A DNA stretch of 63,144 bases, the filler included, from Choristocarpus tenellus KU-1152 (taxonomy: Eukaryota; Protista; Phaeophyceae), in NCBI GenBank assembly GCA_964200185.2. It is 9 parts of 9 records of this genome, joined end to end, with 100 filler letters (N's around TTAATTAATTAA, not from the genome) between each part and the next. Parts side by side here need not be neighbours in the genome. Positions count along the whole stretch, not along the records: positions 12,208 to 19,853 come from CAXNAD020005824.1; positions 19,954 to 25,332 come from CAXNAD020010979.1; 7 more parts are not named here. One strand, 5' to 3'. The notes under the pieces were generated by a model. The model saw only the letters and a list, made by a program, of their open reading frames with translations. It was not told the DNA's origin and searched no databases. This document shows positions 12,310 to 25,432 of this stretch, piece by piece (within the stretch, counting starts at the first letter, position 1; every line of letters begins with the position of its first letter). Position numbers and translations under genes: made by a program.

Positions 12310-12690
12310 AGCGATCAAGGGAAAATGCCGTGGCTGGAATCGGGGGGGGCCTCCATACAGCAGGACGGCATGATCCCGCATATGGGTAAGGACATGGTGC
12401 AAAAGCTGAATGCAGTTGGGATGAAACATTAAGGTCATGATGCAGCCAGCACAGTCATCAGATCTCAACATCAATGATTGGGGCTTTTTTGCATATCTGA
12501 AGAGCAGGATTTGAGTGGACCATTACTGCACCGTTGATGAACTTGTAGAGGGGGTTTCAAGAATGTTCCACACATACGACATAGACACGCTTGAGAGGGT
12601 GTGGCTGTCTGTTTAAGAGGTACAATCAGGTGATATGAGCGCTGGGGGGAATGATTTCGAGGCAGAGCACACTAGAACCAAAAAAAGGCT
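12310..12690 (+). pseudogene. Plant-type mariner (DD39D-like) transposase C-terminal fragment
   Basis: Translation across frameshifts: KMPW..IQQDGMIPH..QPAQSSDLNINDWGFFAYLKS..VDELVEGV..LERVWLS..GGNDF. This matches the QQDNA.PH / QPPNSPDLN.LDLGFF / GGN.Y motifs. Confidence 0.8.
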
Positions 12691-13129
12691 GCGGGAAGGC
12701 GGGTTGACTAGATGAGTCAAAGTAGACTGAGTGGCCTCCGCGGCAGCCCTGTATTGGCGGGTTGACAGTGTCAAATAAAGGTGAGACATGGCGGGTTGAC
12801 AGTGTCAAATAAAGGTGAGACATTGTTTTTTTAATGTAACATAATCCAAGGAATCCAACGCATAGGTCTGTTTTGTAATCAGAGATAATCCTGGAGAGCT
12901 ACAATTTAACAGGTCAGATGTATGGGACAGAGGGAATATGTAAGCTATTGCCACTTCCTTGGAATGCCATTCAACCATAAGAACCCTTGTTTTGTCATCC
13001 ACACACTTGTATCACTCCTGTTGGTAAGTAGCCGTGGCACTCTAACCATTAACTCCGATCCCAAACTTGTCAAGGTCGTCTTGCAGGCATGTCAATCAGG
13101 TCTCCCAAAGTTTAGCTTGGTTCCACTTT

Positions 13130-13700
13130 CCAACTGCAAGCTCCCCCAAACATTGCAAAGTCGCTTGTTCCCATTGTGAGCACGTGACCTACCAAATAGG
13201 AGCCTCAGCTTGTGCACCGTTGCTTTAATACTCTCACACCCAAGTCTTCATAAGAACATCTTTGTAGGATAGGACACACATGGTGTGCACATATTTGTTG
13301 AAAACAATGTAGTGGAGGAGGAATCTGTGGTGATGGGAGCAGACCTTCAGATAATCAGCCTGGTGAATGGTCTGTGTCAAATAACCATGTACATAACTTC
13401 AAGTACTTCAACTTTGAGCATTCGTATCTCAACCTCAGGTGAGACACCTGATGTACTGTCATAAGGCACTTGACTGTATTTTCGAAAATAAATACAAACT
13501 TGCTGAATTATCCAGCTGATTCCAGCACTAGTAGCACTGGCATTGTGACTGATAGTTGGACCAAGGTAAAAGAACTTATCAGTCTGCTCATAGGTCAGGC
13601 TCATTGCCTGGATCAGCATGGTTTAAGCACCCTGGTTAGGAGATACAGGTGCACGGTCTACAGTGCTTGCCACATGGAGTTGGAGAGTCAAAAACAGATT
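13130..13700 (-). mobile_element. RTE-like LINE reverse-transcriptase C-terminal remnant
   Basis: YEQTDKFFYLGPTIS...FRKYSQVPYD..EIRMLKVEVLE, followed by HHHRFLLHYI..ESIKATVHKLRLLFG. Confidence 0.75.
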
Positions 13701-14940
13701 TCAATGAAGGAACGCCTGGTATTGATGGGATTCAAACCGTAAAATTCATGCAGGCAACAGCCTCCATTACCACTGAATAATGGGGATGCTCCACCCATGC
13801 GAGAGATCTAGAACATAGAACTTCTGTCCTGCTGGTGCCCAGCACTGCAGGTCAGAATGACTTCCAATTAAAATGTTCTTTTTTCCGTATTACTCAATCA
13901 AGAAGAACTATAGCGATTTTGTTAACCCCCCCCCCAAAAAAAATTCTGTCAGAATTTAAAATATAGTAATCTCAGTCTGGTGATAAACAGTTGCGTCTGC
14001 CTTCAAAATACTCCGTGTTACCTTCATGATGCAGCTTTCCTAAGCATATTTTACAGCACTACTGTGATGGTAGTGTGAACAGGCTGCACAACAACCACCT
14101 GAGTAGCGCATAGTATATATATACATCTCATCTAATACAAAGTCGCAAACAAGAGCAAGTCACATGGGAGGTACGGGAGTAACATACACTGTAGCAATGT
14201 ATGTACAGGATATTTTGAGCACAGCAGGGGTGGGCCGTGTACAATTCATATCTTGTTTGGGCCCATATAAAACCACCATAAAAACCCATGTTTCATCTGT
14301 GTAATAATGAACTTTGCAAACTCCATGCCTGGAGTTTGTTGCACCACTTTGCTCTATCCACAGTACCACCCTAAGCAAACAATGCTACGATAACGAGAAA
14401 CGACCTAACCAAGGAGACAACCGCTCAGCACATAAAACAACCAGGAAATATAAATATCACTACAGAATTTTCTTGGAAGGCACACTGCAAGTAGTGTTTA
14501 GGCATGTACACATGTCTTGCATTTGTGCAGTGCCCATGCATTTCTAGTGCAACACAACCAGCCACCCTTCTTACAATAATCATGGCAATGAAAAGGCTTT
14601 TTGCAAGTTACAAGACCACATTCTCAGCAAACACAAGGTAGCAAGGACTTTGTACAGAAAGTACAATGCTAATGCCGCATGTACACAACAGAGATCGCAT
14701 CCCACAAATATTGCCTAGTGCATATGTTGGCCTCCATACCTATTCCTACACAGTAGAGGGCTGTACAAGGCGAAGGCATATCATGACAACACATATTGCA
14801 GATCATCTTGTTGATGACAAGCTAGCATCACTACACACTCTGCTATCCAAAATCAACAAGTATCAAAGTATTCTCGAGTGAAAAAAGCTCTTGACCCCTA
14901 AGATAGATAAAGGAGAGGAGGGGCAGGGGACCTACAATCA

Positions 14941-17900
14941 TCAGGAAGTACTCTCAGGTTCAAGGGGGGCCTGCAGATCATGCCACAACCCCCACTCTAT
15001 CTTCTCAAAGCCCAAAACTAACTTTTTTCTCATCTTTCGGACTCTTACATCCTTGACCCCCTTATTCAACCTTGGTAGATCTAGTGCGTGGAGCCCATAG
15101 TCCCTTCCATTCCAGGAAAAGAGTGACACACATTTGAGGCAGGTGGGGCACACCAGCAGTAGCATGGGTTCGGAGGGGAGGGTTTCTGTGTGATGGACAT
15201 TGTGGGATAATATACCAGTGATTCACAGCACTGTAGACATAGCAGAGTATACTGATAAGGGCGTGAACGGAAGACTTTGTATTTGGGTTTCCTTCAAACA
15301 AGTTACCCCGTATAAACAGGAGTAAGAGCCAAAAGTGAGTCAGATAGCTCCCTGAGGTTGTGGTTCAAACAAAATCGCTCCATACCTGGCAGACAAACCA
15401 TATTTCATGCAGGTAGCAAGTAAAATATTTCACCCAAGTACTCTGGAATATGTCAACAAGGTCGAGCAATCGGAACACGATCAGGGTCACCTCAAAATGA
15501 ATTACTATCAGCACGGTAAAGGACTCTCATTGATACAAAGATGAAGGGGAAATGTATGTTCTGGATTCAAAAAATATGCAGAGACAGACCTTGCTGACAA
15601 ATAGGGCAAAGAACAAGCCTGCATAGTGTCCACCAAATGTACCAATTTGTCCCAGCAAACTGCTACAAATACAATGCGAAAGCATTGTTTAGATCAAACT
15701 AAACAACACCTACAAATACACATCCCATCTTTTGTCTCACTTGCTCGCAATGACCAGTCGGAGTCTCAGAGGAGCCCACTCAACCGATATCTCCCCCACA
15801 TCCACAGCACCCCAGTCCCAGCCCTCCTGGCGCACTGATAGTCTGGCATTATGAATACACCAACAGTAGCACAATTGCACAACAGGACAATAAAAAACGG
15901 TCAAAAACTTCATGGCATTATTGATACATGGCAAGAAAACATACAACGCCCGCGAATGCTTGAGAAAAAAAGTGCTACATCTTGTCGTAAGTAACACAAA
16001 GTGTCTGCTTTACACTGCTGTACTGAAAGGGCTTATGTATAATCTACATCATCCCCACAGCACACTTCTACTGAGCAAACTTCAACACAAAAAGACCCTG
16101 CACCCACAAGAATGACAGTTGTCCTTAGTCAGCCAAAACATTACAAGAGATCAACACCTGTACAAACTTCTCCTTGGCACATACACCCTTCTCCGTGCTG
16201 TGATTCAGTTCAAATTCAATTCAAGTACAAAGCAATCTAGAAAAGGAACGTAGATGTCATCTAGTTTCCTCTTGACAACTAGTAAGCTCAACTACAAACA
16301 CCCAATAGCAACCGTGGAGGAGGCAGAGACGGGGGATTGGTCAAACTGGACATCTAATGCATCCACTGTGACACTTCTGGGGATTGAGCTTATACAGATG
16401 ATCAGTAGTAAAGAGGAAAATGCTACACGATGGGTTGTGACTGCAGTTAGGGCTGGATAAAAAGTGGATTAGGTGTATCTGCTAACATATATTTGGCTAT
16501 TGTGGTTACAGTGTGAACCCAGGGGCTGTTAATAGAAATAGCGGGGATAAAGACCTGTGCTACTAAAGTTTTCATGCCAGACAATAGCAAAGACTCTCTG
16601 CTCGAATTTGAATCTCAAGGAAAAAAATAGAACAATTAAGTCGTAGAAGTAGGTACTATAATTTTTATGGAAGGGGGGGGGGAGGGGGATGACTGAGGAG
16701 GATGGCTACCATGTACATCACACATTATCCATCCCATTTCTTTATTTTTAATCAAACATGCACTACAACACAATCCATTCACCTACCTGATTTCTTTGCC
16801 ACAGTCTTCCCAAGAGTATTTGGTGATGGCTTTGGCCTTCGGTTTAGTTACCCCCACTCCCTTAGCACCTGCTGCTTCTCCCCCAACTAGTAGAGATGCA
16901 TCCTGCAAGGCCGGGCAGGAGAATCAGGAGGCATAGCGTTGTGGCTAGTGTAAGCATAAGTGGGTTTTGGCTCAGTATGACTACCCACAAGGTCATGGCC
17001 ACTATGACCCCAAGCCTACGATTTCAAGTGACAGGGGCGGTACTATTGTAGTAGTGCTTGGTGGAAAGTTACTAAAACTCTGACTGATGATGGAATAGAG
17101 GGCATCATGCATATCATGCTCTGAGTGCTTGTCACTATTTACACTACCACTGTAAAATAGGAATTTCCAAGAGCACTTCTTGTTACTTTTGTCTTGTCCA
17201 GTGAGATCCTTGATAAAGCAAAGGTGCATTAAAACGACTGTTCAACGTAGCACAAAAAAAAGAAATTCTATCTGCTCTTACAAATCTTGTCCCTGGAGTA
17301 GTACAGACCATTGATATCGAGCAGCACACTATTCAGCCAATGCTGGGATACAGGTTTTCCCTGTGTTAATAATAGCTCTGTAGGATCGAAGTCATTTCTG
17401 CACAACCTTTCCCCCTACAATAAGCTTAAACATTAATACAATAGCTGCACAAAGTCTTGGTCTTGCCAGGAATGGGAGAGGTAACACAAAACAGTAGATA
17501 CTTGCTCCACAGCAAGTCCTTCCACACGTGTTGTGGCACAAACAAATACAGCTGTTTACCCTCCAGTGGAGTCAGAGTATTGTATTATATCTGTAGACTG
17601 GTTTTGGCATTACTCTCATTGGGGTGTTCTGTATCCTTCACACTCACATTAGCATGGACGAATTGAAGACATACATTCACATGACATACACGAATCTGAA
17701 CTTCACACTGGCTACGTACACACACTAAGAGAAATTTCCTGCACCACAAAGAAAGAACAAAGCACAGACACTGTAAGTTGCATCGCCAAGTTCTGATGTG
17801 TGAGCTCTACTATCATAATCACATCATAATTATGTCTCCTCTGTACTACCATCTAGGGTATGGAAAGGAGTTACCCAAAGTTGTAGTTGAAGTAGCTAGA

Positions 17901-18868
17901 GTTACGGTAGGCTTCACTTGCGTTTACTGTTGAGTAATAGTATACCACCCATCAGGCCCTTCAAATAATTCCTCGTTGCAAATTTAGTCTGAGAGATGAG
18001 AAAAACAAACCATTTTGTCCGACTTCATATCCTATCTGAATCGCTTGACCAGAGACCTACCTGGTCTTGATATATCCCATAGTATCCTAGAGCAAGGGCA
18101 GGAACTTCAACCTTATCGTTTCTGTCTATATATCATGGTATGCAGGGTGCTGCGCGAGGTAACTGGGCAGTGGGGGGCGTACCTCGGAGGTCTTGCTCAA
18201 AAGCTTAGGTTGGTTCATCTGATATTCGTGTGAAGCCACTTCCTTTGTCGATGTGTGATGCGCGAAGTAGTAACCAAGCGAGCCCTTTTCCTTGCTCTTC
18301 TCCCATTTAGACTTTGCGCCATATTTTCTCCCAATATTGCCATTCGTGTTGGTACCATCAGCCTGAGATGGAAGGACGCGTGTGAGGTCGGGGATTGTAG
18401 TATGTTCAAGAGTGTCGCGAATGGAAGAGCTTCCACAGAGTGAATCAGCTCAGCAGCTGACGCACATAGATTGATTAATGCCCAGGAGTGGAGGTCTGCG
18501 AGATAGACCTCGCCGGTTCGAAGGGAGGAGACTGAAGATGTTTCGTTGCTTCCTGGAAAAGTTTCAAGAACCAGATACGTTCTTGAGGCGGCAGTAAGGT
18601 TTGCACATGATCTAGAGAGGTAGCCTTCCCACCAGATCCCAAGGAAATAGACCCGCTTCCCTCATCTCACCGCCACACGAACAACACTAATCCCAGGGCT
18701 GTGAGAAAGAAGCTTAGGTTGCTGGACGTCTCGCGAGTTGTTGGGATCTCCCTTCCACCAGCTTTTTACGAGCCAGATGAAGGCGAGGATGGTCAAACAT
18801 CCAACAAAGACATCTAAAGTACGAATATGTGTCAGGAAGGCCCCAACTCTCGACATTATGGTATCCAT
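14941..18868 (-). CDS. Complete 6-exon gene: N-terminal membrane anchor + CS (p23/SGT1/CacyBP-like) domain protein, ~259 aa
   Basis: Exons 18868-18671, 18362-18183, 17911-17875, 16886-16787, 15842-15741, 15103-14941. All introns are GT-AG and phase-compatible, total 780 nt. Product: hydrophobic VFVGCLTILAFIWLV; KGSLGYYFAH; ITKYSWEDCGKEIRLSV..EISVEW..LRLVI..HALDLPRL..VRVRKMRKKLVLGFEK..WHDL. The 37-nt exon 3 is the least certain. Confidence 0.8.
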
Positions 18869-19853
18869 TTTAGCGACGACAAGTTGACTAGATCAATTGT
18901 TGCGAATTGGTTTGAAGGTGGACGGACGGATGCTCATAATAAGACCTTTTCAAACAATCCTCATACTCATTTACTATTTGATAACCCAGACTAAAAATAT
19001 GCGACTCTACTCTATGTTCAAATTGTGTATGATATGGGAATGGGATGACTTCACATGTGACCAGATGACATGAGGGGAAGAGGAAGAGGAAACTCCACCA
19101 GTGGGCAGCCACAATAATAATAGCAGCGCGAGGAGGAAAGGAACGGGGGGGGAGATACCCAGGCAAACCCCACAGGGCTGGGTTGGGGGGAAAAGAGAAG
19201 AATATCCACCAGTTAGAAGGATCAGTCATCCACCACGACCAGGAGGGAAGGTACAGGGTTGTGTGTGCGTAGGCTATGCTTGGGAGGAAAATAGGAGGAG
19301 AAGCTCAGCAACTAGGAGTCATGATGCTCCTCCAACACCAGCAGGACAGGGGCTGAGTACCTAGAGTAGGGTTTGCTGGGATGGATCTGACCGCCTGTAC
19401 AGAACCAAATGGCCTAGGTAATTGTAAGATGTGTACATATAGGGTCTGTGCGGTTCTAGGCCATCTATCCTGTCAATGATGTTTGGTAAAATGGTCGCAT
19501 TACACGTAGAAAAGAAAGGGGGTTGTCTGACGATAGTTGCAAATGTCCACTGATTATCGTCGACAAAATGAGTGTAACTACTAGTACTATCGATGTAGTA
19601 CTCCCCACTTCTGTATAATAGAGTTCCGATTACTGTACATTATTTAGTAGGAAACCTAACTCGACCATACCTAGCTCCGATCCGTGCTCGAACACAAAAC
19701 ACACTACACCACTTCTCAATAATGCAGTTATTTCTTTAAATTAAGAATAACGTCCTCCTCTTACAAGTTCTTGCATACCTGTGTTCGATTAGACTCTTCC
19801 AACTCTATCGGACAGTTACGGTAAATTATTTATGGAGTAATGGAACAATCAAG

Positions 19854-19953
19854 NNNNNNNNNNNNNNNNNNNNNNNNNNNNNNNNNNNNNNNNNNNNTTA
19901 ATTAATTAANNNNNNNNNNNNNNNNNNNNNNNNNNNNNNNNNNNNNNNNNNNN
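19854..19953. other. Artificial contig linker
   Basis: 44N-TTAATTAATTAA-44N. Confidence 0.98.
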
Positions 19954-20566
19954 GGGGGGGGGATATTTTTTTGTGCAATCACATTCAACAAGAAGGGAAA
20001 ACAAGGTGTATTATGTAATTAAGTAATTAACTAGTATTAGTCTTCATTGCTCACTTTTATGTGTAAGAATAGGAGTTACAAGACAACGAAGGAAAACTAG
20101 CTTGGGAAGTGAGTGGAATTTTTCCGTCAGGGCTGAAATGTGCAATCTTATGAAAGCGAATATTACAGCTGCTTTTGCCCTGAAAGATAAGAAATATATA
20201 TACGGTGCGATTAGTAAGATCGTATAGTTAACTTCGTCACGGGCCTGTTTTGTTTTGGTCGAGGTTGCATATTTATTTTTTTCACCATTTATTATAGTTG
20301 TTAAACACTGCAAGCTGGTGTGTGATACACACTCTGAATGTTCAAACCAACTCAGCATAATCTCCTTCTGGTTCATGCAGTATGGAGGTTGAACAGAATT
20401 AACCTGCGTTGAATTGGATTGTTAAGGGGTTTACCATTTCTACCAGCACTGGAGTCGACCAGGCTTACTTTCATCAACCCTATTTCCCCCCCAAAAAATG
20501 TATGATGATTGGCGTGCATGCTTTTGTGTGCTTTCTGATTGGTTGTCTGCCTTTGGGGACTGTAAG

Positions 20567-23500
20567 ATTGCCAAGACGGTTGCTGAGGGTGGTGAGGAGT
20601 CGGAACCACACAAGGATGATGTCACCGCCCTCATGGTAGCAGCGCAGGGGGGTCACCTGGAGACAGTCAAACTTCTCCTTGATAACGGGGCCGATGTCCG
20701 TGCTAAGGATGAGGAGGACATCACACCCCTCCTCAATGCTGTGAAGGTGTGTTTGGCTGCCTTGGGATTGCCTTCACAGAGTTCTGATCGAGTGAAAAAA
20801 AAAAAAAGTAGTTTCTTTTTTTATCTGATGTTGACTTAATGTTAGGGAATAAAAAATATGCGTACAATATATATATATATATATAGTATAGTTAGTGCAT
20901 AGTGTGTGGTTCGTCGCATTGTAGCAATTTGTCGAGGAAATGGCTAGTGTCCATTAGTAGATTGGAATATTTCCTTGTGAGGGTTCCGAGTCTCGTCTAT
21001 GCTCTCGAGCGTAGTGTGTGTTGGTGCGTGTATACCCCTGACTGATGCTGCTATGATCTTTTGCCTTGCCTTGAATTTATGTCTTTTTACCTTTGCATTT
21101 CACACCTCAAGTGTACACAGTCCTGACGACAACAATAGCTGAATCGAACCCGAAACCTACCCATGTGAAAAGTATTTTTATTTTATACCAAGCCAGTCGC
21201 TGGTGCCCACACCCCTGGAGTGCCTTGCTCTCAGAAGGGGTAATGACAATCTACCAAGTACCTTGATTTGTCACTGATTGAATCGCGGCTGGCCCTCAGG
21301 GAAACTTTGGGGAGGTGGCCCAGCTTCTGGTGGAAAGGGGGGCTGATCCTAACGATGTTTACAAGGATGACAAGGGCATTGAGCACAACCTGGTTTTCGA
21401 CAGCATCAGTGTGGGCAATGAGGCAAGCAGGCATTGAGTTTCAAAAAAATTTACCTCCCATGTGCACAACCTTCTCACCGAGATTTTGAAGGGGTTTCCT
21501 TAAGGTAGTTGCAGGTTTTTTGTTTCGTGTATGGAACATAAAAAATGAAAATCACGTTGTCGTGAGAGACAATTTTTTTTTCTGGAAGACTATCTTAGGG
21601 TTAGTGTTGGGTACACCATTGTTGGGGTATGTGTAGTTGCAATCTTGGAAGGTGTAGTGCTCTGCAATTATTTGTTGGTGCCTCATGATGACCGTATTGA
21701 TACATACCTTTTTATGTTAAAGAGTAAGGTTTAATTCTTGCACAACCTTACCACCTGTTAAATTTAAGTATTCGTCTGTTTTTGTCATGAAGGCACTCAT
21801 CTTTTCTTTTTTCATGTACATTTTGTTGCCCTCATTGAGTCCACCTCTCCTTCTTTCCTGCTTCTCATTCGCAGCTAATATTCTGGTTCCAATCTTTTGT
21901 TTTTTTGTATCAGTAGTAGTAGTAGTAATAGTAGTAATGTGCTTGGGTTGTTGTATCTTGAAGGAGGAGAGGTGTGTTCGCTCAAGGAGGTGTTTTGAAG
22001 TACTGCACACCCCATACACTCTGCTAATAATATACACAAAATAATAAAAATAATTGTGTGCATTGCAAAGTAACGCGCGTGTAGCTAACGGTAGGTAAAT
22101 GATGGATTGGGACATTGGAATATTTATTTTTGAAAAGGTGAGTGTTGAGGAACCATTTTAAGAAGTGTTTCTATCGGTGATCTACCAGAAACATTTCTAG
22201 ACACGCTATGGCGGTAGTTCATGAACAAGGTACCTCCAATACAACTCACCCTAACCGGGCTCGCTGCCGGGCTATGCATCGATACAGGACTTCCCTGTGC
22301 TCCTGCTCTCGAAGGGAGCAAGCGCCTCCTTCAAAGATGAGTCGGGGGCAACGGCACTTATTCAGGCAGCGCACAAGGGACTTCCCAAAGTCATCAAGGC
22401 GTTGTTAGAAGCACCTGCTGATGCTGGGGTGGACAAGGCGGCTGCCACAGAGGAGGGTGTCACTCCTATCATTGCAGCAGCGATGAAGGTATCGTCGGGG
22501 ATGGTATTGTGGTACAGAGGTTTCCTGTTTGGAGGGAAATTGTACTGTGTTGTTGAGGTTTCTACGTGAGCAATCATACTGCGTGCGTGCGTGCGGGTTA
22601 GTGTGGGTAGGGGGTGTATATACTGTCTTCTGAATGTGTTTTTTTAACGTAGAGATTGCATGTCCAAAGGTTTTCATATAGGATTTGTGAGGTTTGTTCC
22701 TAAAATTGTGATGCTTATTGGGTAGTAATATGCCAAATGATGGTTGATGTTGCAAAAACAATTGTGCTCTTACTTTGCACTCTTTACTTTCAGAGGATTA
22801 TCCAAACCAGAATATTTGACATCGGAAAGTTAAGGTAGTGTTGATATTTGTGTATGAACTGTGTTTGGCATTGTCCATGTGTAGGAAGGATAAACCAACC
22901 GCATTTCTGTGTGGATGCCGCATCAAAAAAAAATAATCTATCCTATTCTGTAAGAATGATAATATCGTGAGGTCCCTTGCTTTGAACCACCTGCACTGGT
23001 TAGAAACTGTGGTGGCAATCTCACCCTCTTTATATTACCCAGGAGGATGCCTATTCATTCATCTGTGGTGATTGTGTGCGAGATCCTATTATGCCACAAC
23101 TCCCTTTCTGTCTGTTTTACTGACTACTTGTGTTCAACGGCATCCTACTCATCTCATCATTGCAGGGGCATGATGAGATTGTAGGGATGCTGCTTGAGGG
23201 AGGATGTGCCGCAGACGCCATGGACAAGGTGATGAAAACCTTCTTGTTTGTTTTTTCTTGTCTACCTGATCGAAAGGGATTATAAACCGGGGAAAAATGG
23301 GTTGTACAACACAAGTCTTGATTTATTTATTTTAGTTCAGGTACAGCAAGTACAGTGTACTGGTACTGGTACTATGGGTTTTATTGTGGTACAGGTGAAT
23401 ATTAAAATGTCTACTTGAGGGCACCAAAGGTAATTGATGACTGAAAGTATCTGGGGGGGGTGGCGGCTGTCCATTTGGGGTTGATTTTTTCATGTCGTGA

Positions 23501-24969
23501 TTTTTGTGTGATTTGGTTGCATATGTTGGATAATGTAGTGCTGTTTAGCCACCTCCTGCCTACCAAGGGCAGTTGAGGAATAGAGGACTACAAGAGTGTT
23601 TTTCTTGTTGACACCAGCATACAGCACATGTGTGACATACATAGGGTATTACATCCATGAGAGTTCTTAGTAGATGGGACCTAGGAAATGAAAATGAGGT
23701 TGTATTTGTGTGCTTGTACACCCCAATTTGCTTCTCATGTCTTGGGTACACTCTTCAACTGCCTCCCTCTGAGCTGCAGTCCAGGACCCCCCAGAGTTGC
23801 CGTTTGTATTTTTTAAATTGTGCTGTTAATAATAAGAAAAAATACTGCTCGTCGTATCATTATTTGAATAATGAGTTGGAAATAGTACAGAGAAAAAAGA
23901 AGAAAAAAAGAGAGAGAGACTCAAGTACATCCTATTGTACACAAATGTCTTGAGCACGCCACGCCTCAATTCTCTTCTGTTTCGGTATTTTTGATGTGCA
24001 GGATGGCACCAGCGGTCTCATGGCAGCTGCTTCCAATGGTCACCTTGAGGTCGTAACGAAGCTTGTGGAGGCAAAGGCGAACATGAATGCACAGAACAAT
24101 GACGGGCACAGTGCTCTCATGTTTGCCTACAATGGGAAGGCTCAGGTGTGACATCTTAATTTAAGAAACTGTTGGGGCAGAAGTGGTTGTGGTTGTACTT
24201 TACTTTACTTTACTTTGCCATCTCTCTGTCCCTCCCTCCCTCCCTCCCTCTCAGTTTACACACCCTAGAGATTATTTTCTCTTTTTTTTGTTTTTATTTT
24301 TACCCTGACAGTTACGTTTGTGTAATCCATTCACTTCCCGGCGCCTTTTGTGTTTTGTGTGTGTGTGAAGGTTGCAACTCTGATGGACAAGTATGCACAG
24401 TACCTGGAGGATGCTGATGATGAAGGGGAGAGTACCAAGATGATGCGAGAGGCCTTGGATCAGACACAGGTATGGTTGAGTGATACAGCAGTTCCTCGTT
24501 CTTTTTTTTTCTTAAATGTTTTTATTTTTTATTGTTGTCCTTGCCATTTCCCTTTTTTTTTAAAGTGCATATTGCACTCTTTGTGGTCACGGGTCTGGGA
24601 TTCGTTGGACTCTATAGTGACAAGATATATTGATATATTTTTTTGTATGTGTATATAAATATGTTTATTTTTGTCCCTTCTTGGATTTACCACTGTGACT
24701 ACTGCCCCACTAGTTGAGATTTTGGTGGTAAGAGGTTGTATACTTCTGCTTGTGGAGTTTGAAGTGAATGACTTTCGAACTGGCTCTCTTCTTCCCCCCC
24801 TCACTCAACACGGCTGGATTCTGTTGTGCACTAAAAGGCCATCATTGACCTTCTGATGAAGAACGGGGCAGACCCTTCACTCAAGGACAAGGAAGGCCGT
24901 ACTGCAGAGGACTTTGACTTCAAACCCGAGGAGGTTACAGGGGATGATAGCGTAAAGGAGGAGCTGTAA
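20567..24969 (+). CDS. Ankyrin-repeat protein with C-terminal KEEL (ER-retrieval-like) signal; 5'-partial, 7 exons
   Basis: Exons 20567-20746, 21300-21422, 22288-22488, 23166-23228, 24002-24145, 24371-24469, 24838-24969, all phase 0. Repeats include TALMVAAQGGHLETVKLLLDNGADV, TALIQAAHKG, TPIIAAAMKGH, SGLMAAASNGHLEVV and SALMFAYNG. It ends GDDSVKEEL*. Confidence 0.92.
23439..23535 (+). mobile_element. MITE family A left portion, in an intron of the ankyrin gene
   Basis: gactgaaagtatctggggggggtggcggctgtccattt...ttttttcatgtc aligns with 11938-12035. Confidence 0.75.
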
Positions 24970-25332
24970 AATGGGGGTGGTGATCCTCTCCTGTCCCCCT
25001 GTATTCCTTGCCACAAATCGAGTCTGTTTACGTTTTTAGTTTATGCTTGGGCGTGGGTAGTTCATTGCCTTCTTGTTGGTGAAATTTGAGTTACCTTGAC
25101 CAGATAACTGGATGTCGTTCGTGCACATTAGTCCTGTGTGAAGAGTGGGCAGCTTTTGTAGCTGCCAAGAGGCCCAAGAACGTTAGCAGAGTACCCCCGG
25201 GTTCACTTGCTTTTTGCTGCTGCTACTGAATCTTTTTTTATGAAGGGGGGGGGGGGGGGGGGGGGGCCGCATGGGGGCTCCGGATTGTTTGTGGGGTTTT
25301 TTTGTGGGGGAGGATGTATTTGGAAAGCGGGA

Positions 25333-25432
25333 NNNNNNNNNNNNNNNNNNNNNNNNNNNNNNNNNNNNNNNNNNNNTTAATTAATTAANNNNNNNNNNNN
25401 NNNNNNNNNNNNNNNNNNNNNNNNNNNNNNNN
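25333..25432. other. Artificial contig linker
   Basis: 44N-TTAATTAATTAA-44N. Confidence 0.98.

Noticed and set aside
12757-12823. Tandem duplication (ggcgggttgacagtgtcaaataaaggtgagacat x2) as a regulatory array
   Set aside because: Two copies only, just after the mariner fragment. It is probably a duplicated element end or slippage.
18215-18868. Long minus-strand frame with a single in-frame TGA (possible selenocysteine or readthrough)
   Set aside because: The TGA lies just inside an intron (GCG|gtgaga), the spliced product gives a coherent CS-domain protein, and there is no CxxU-type context.
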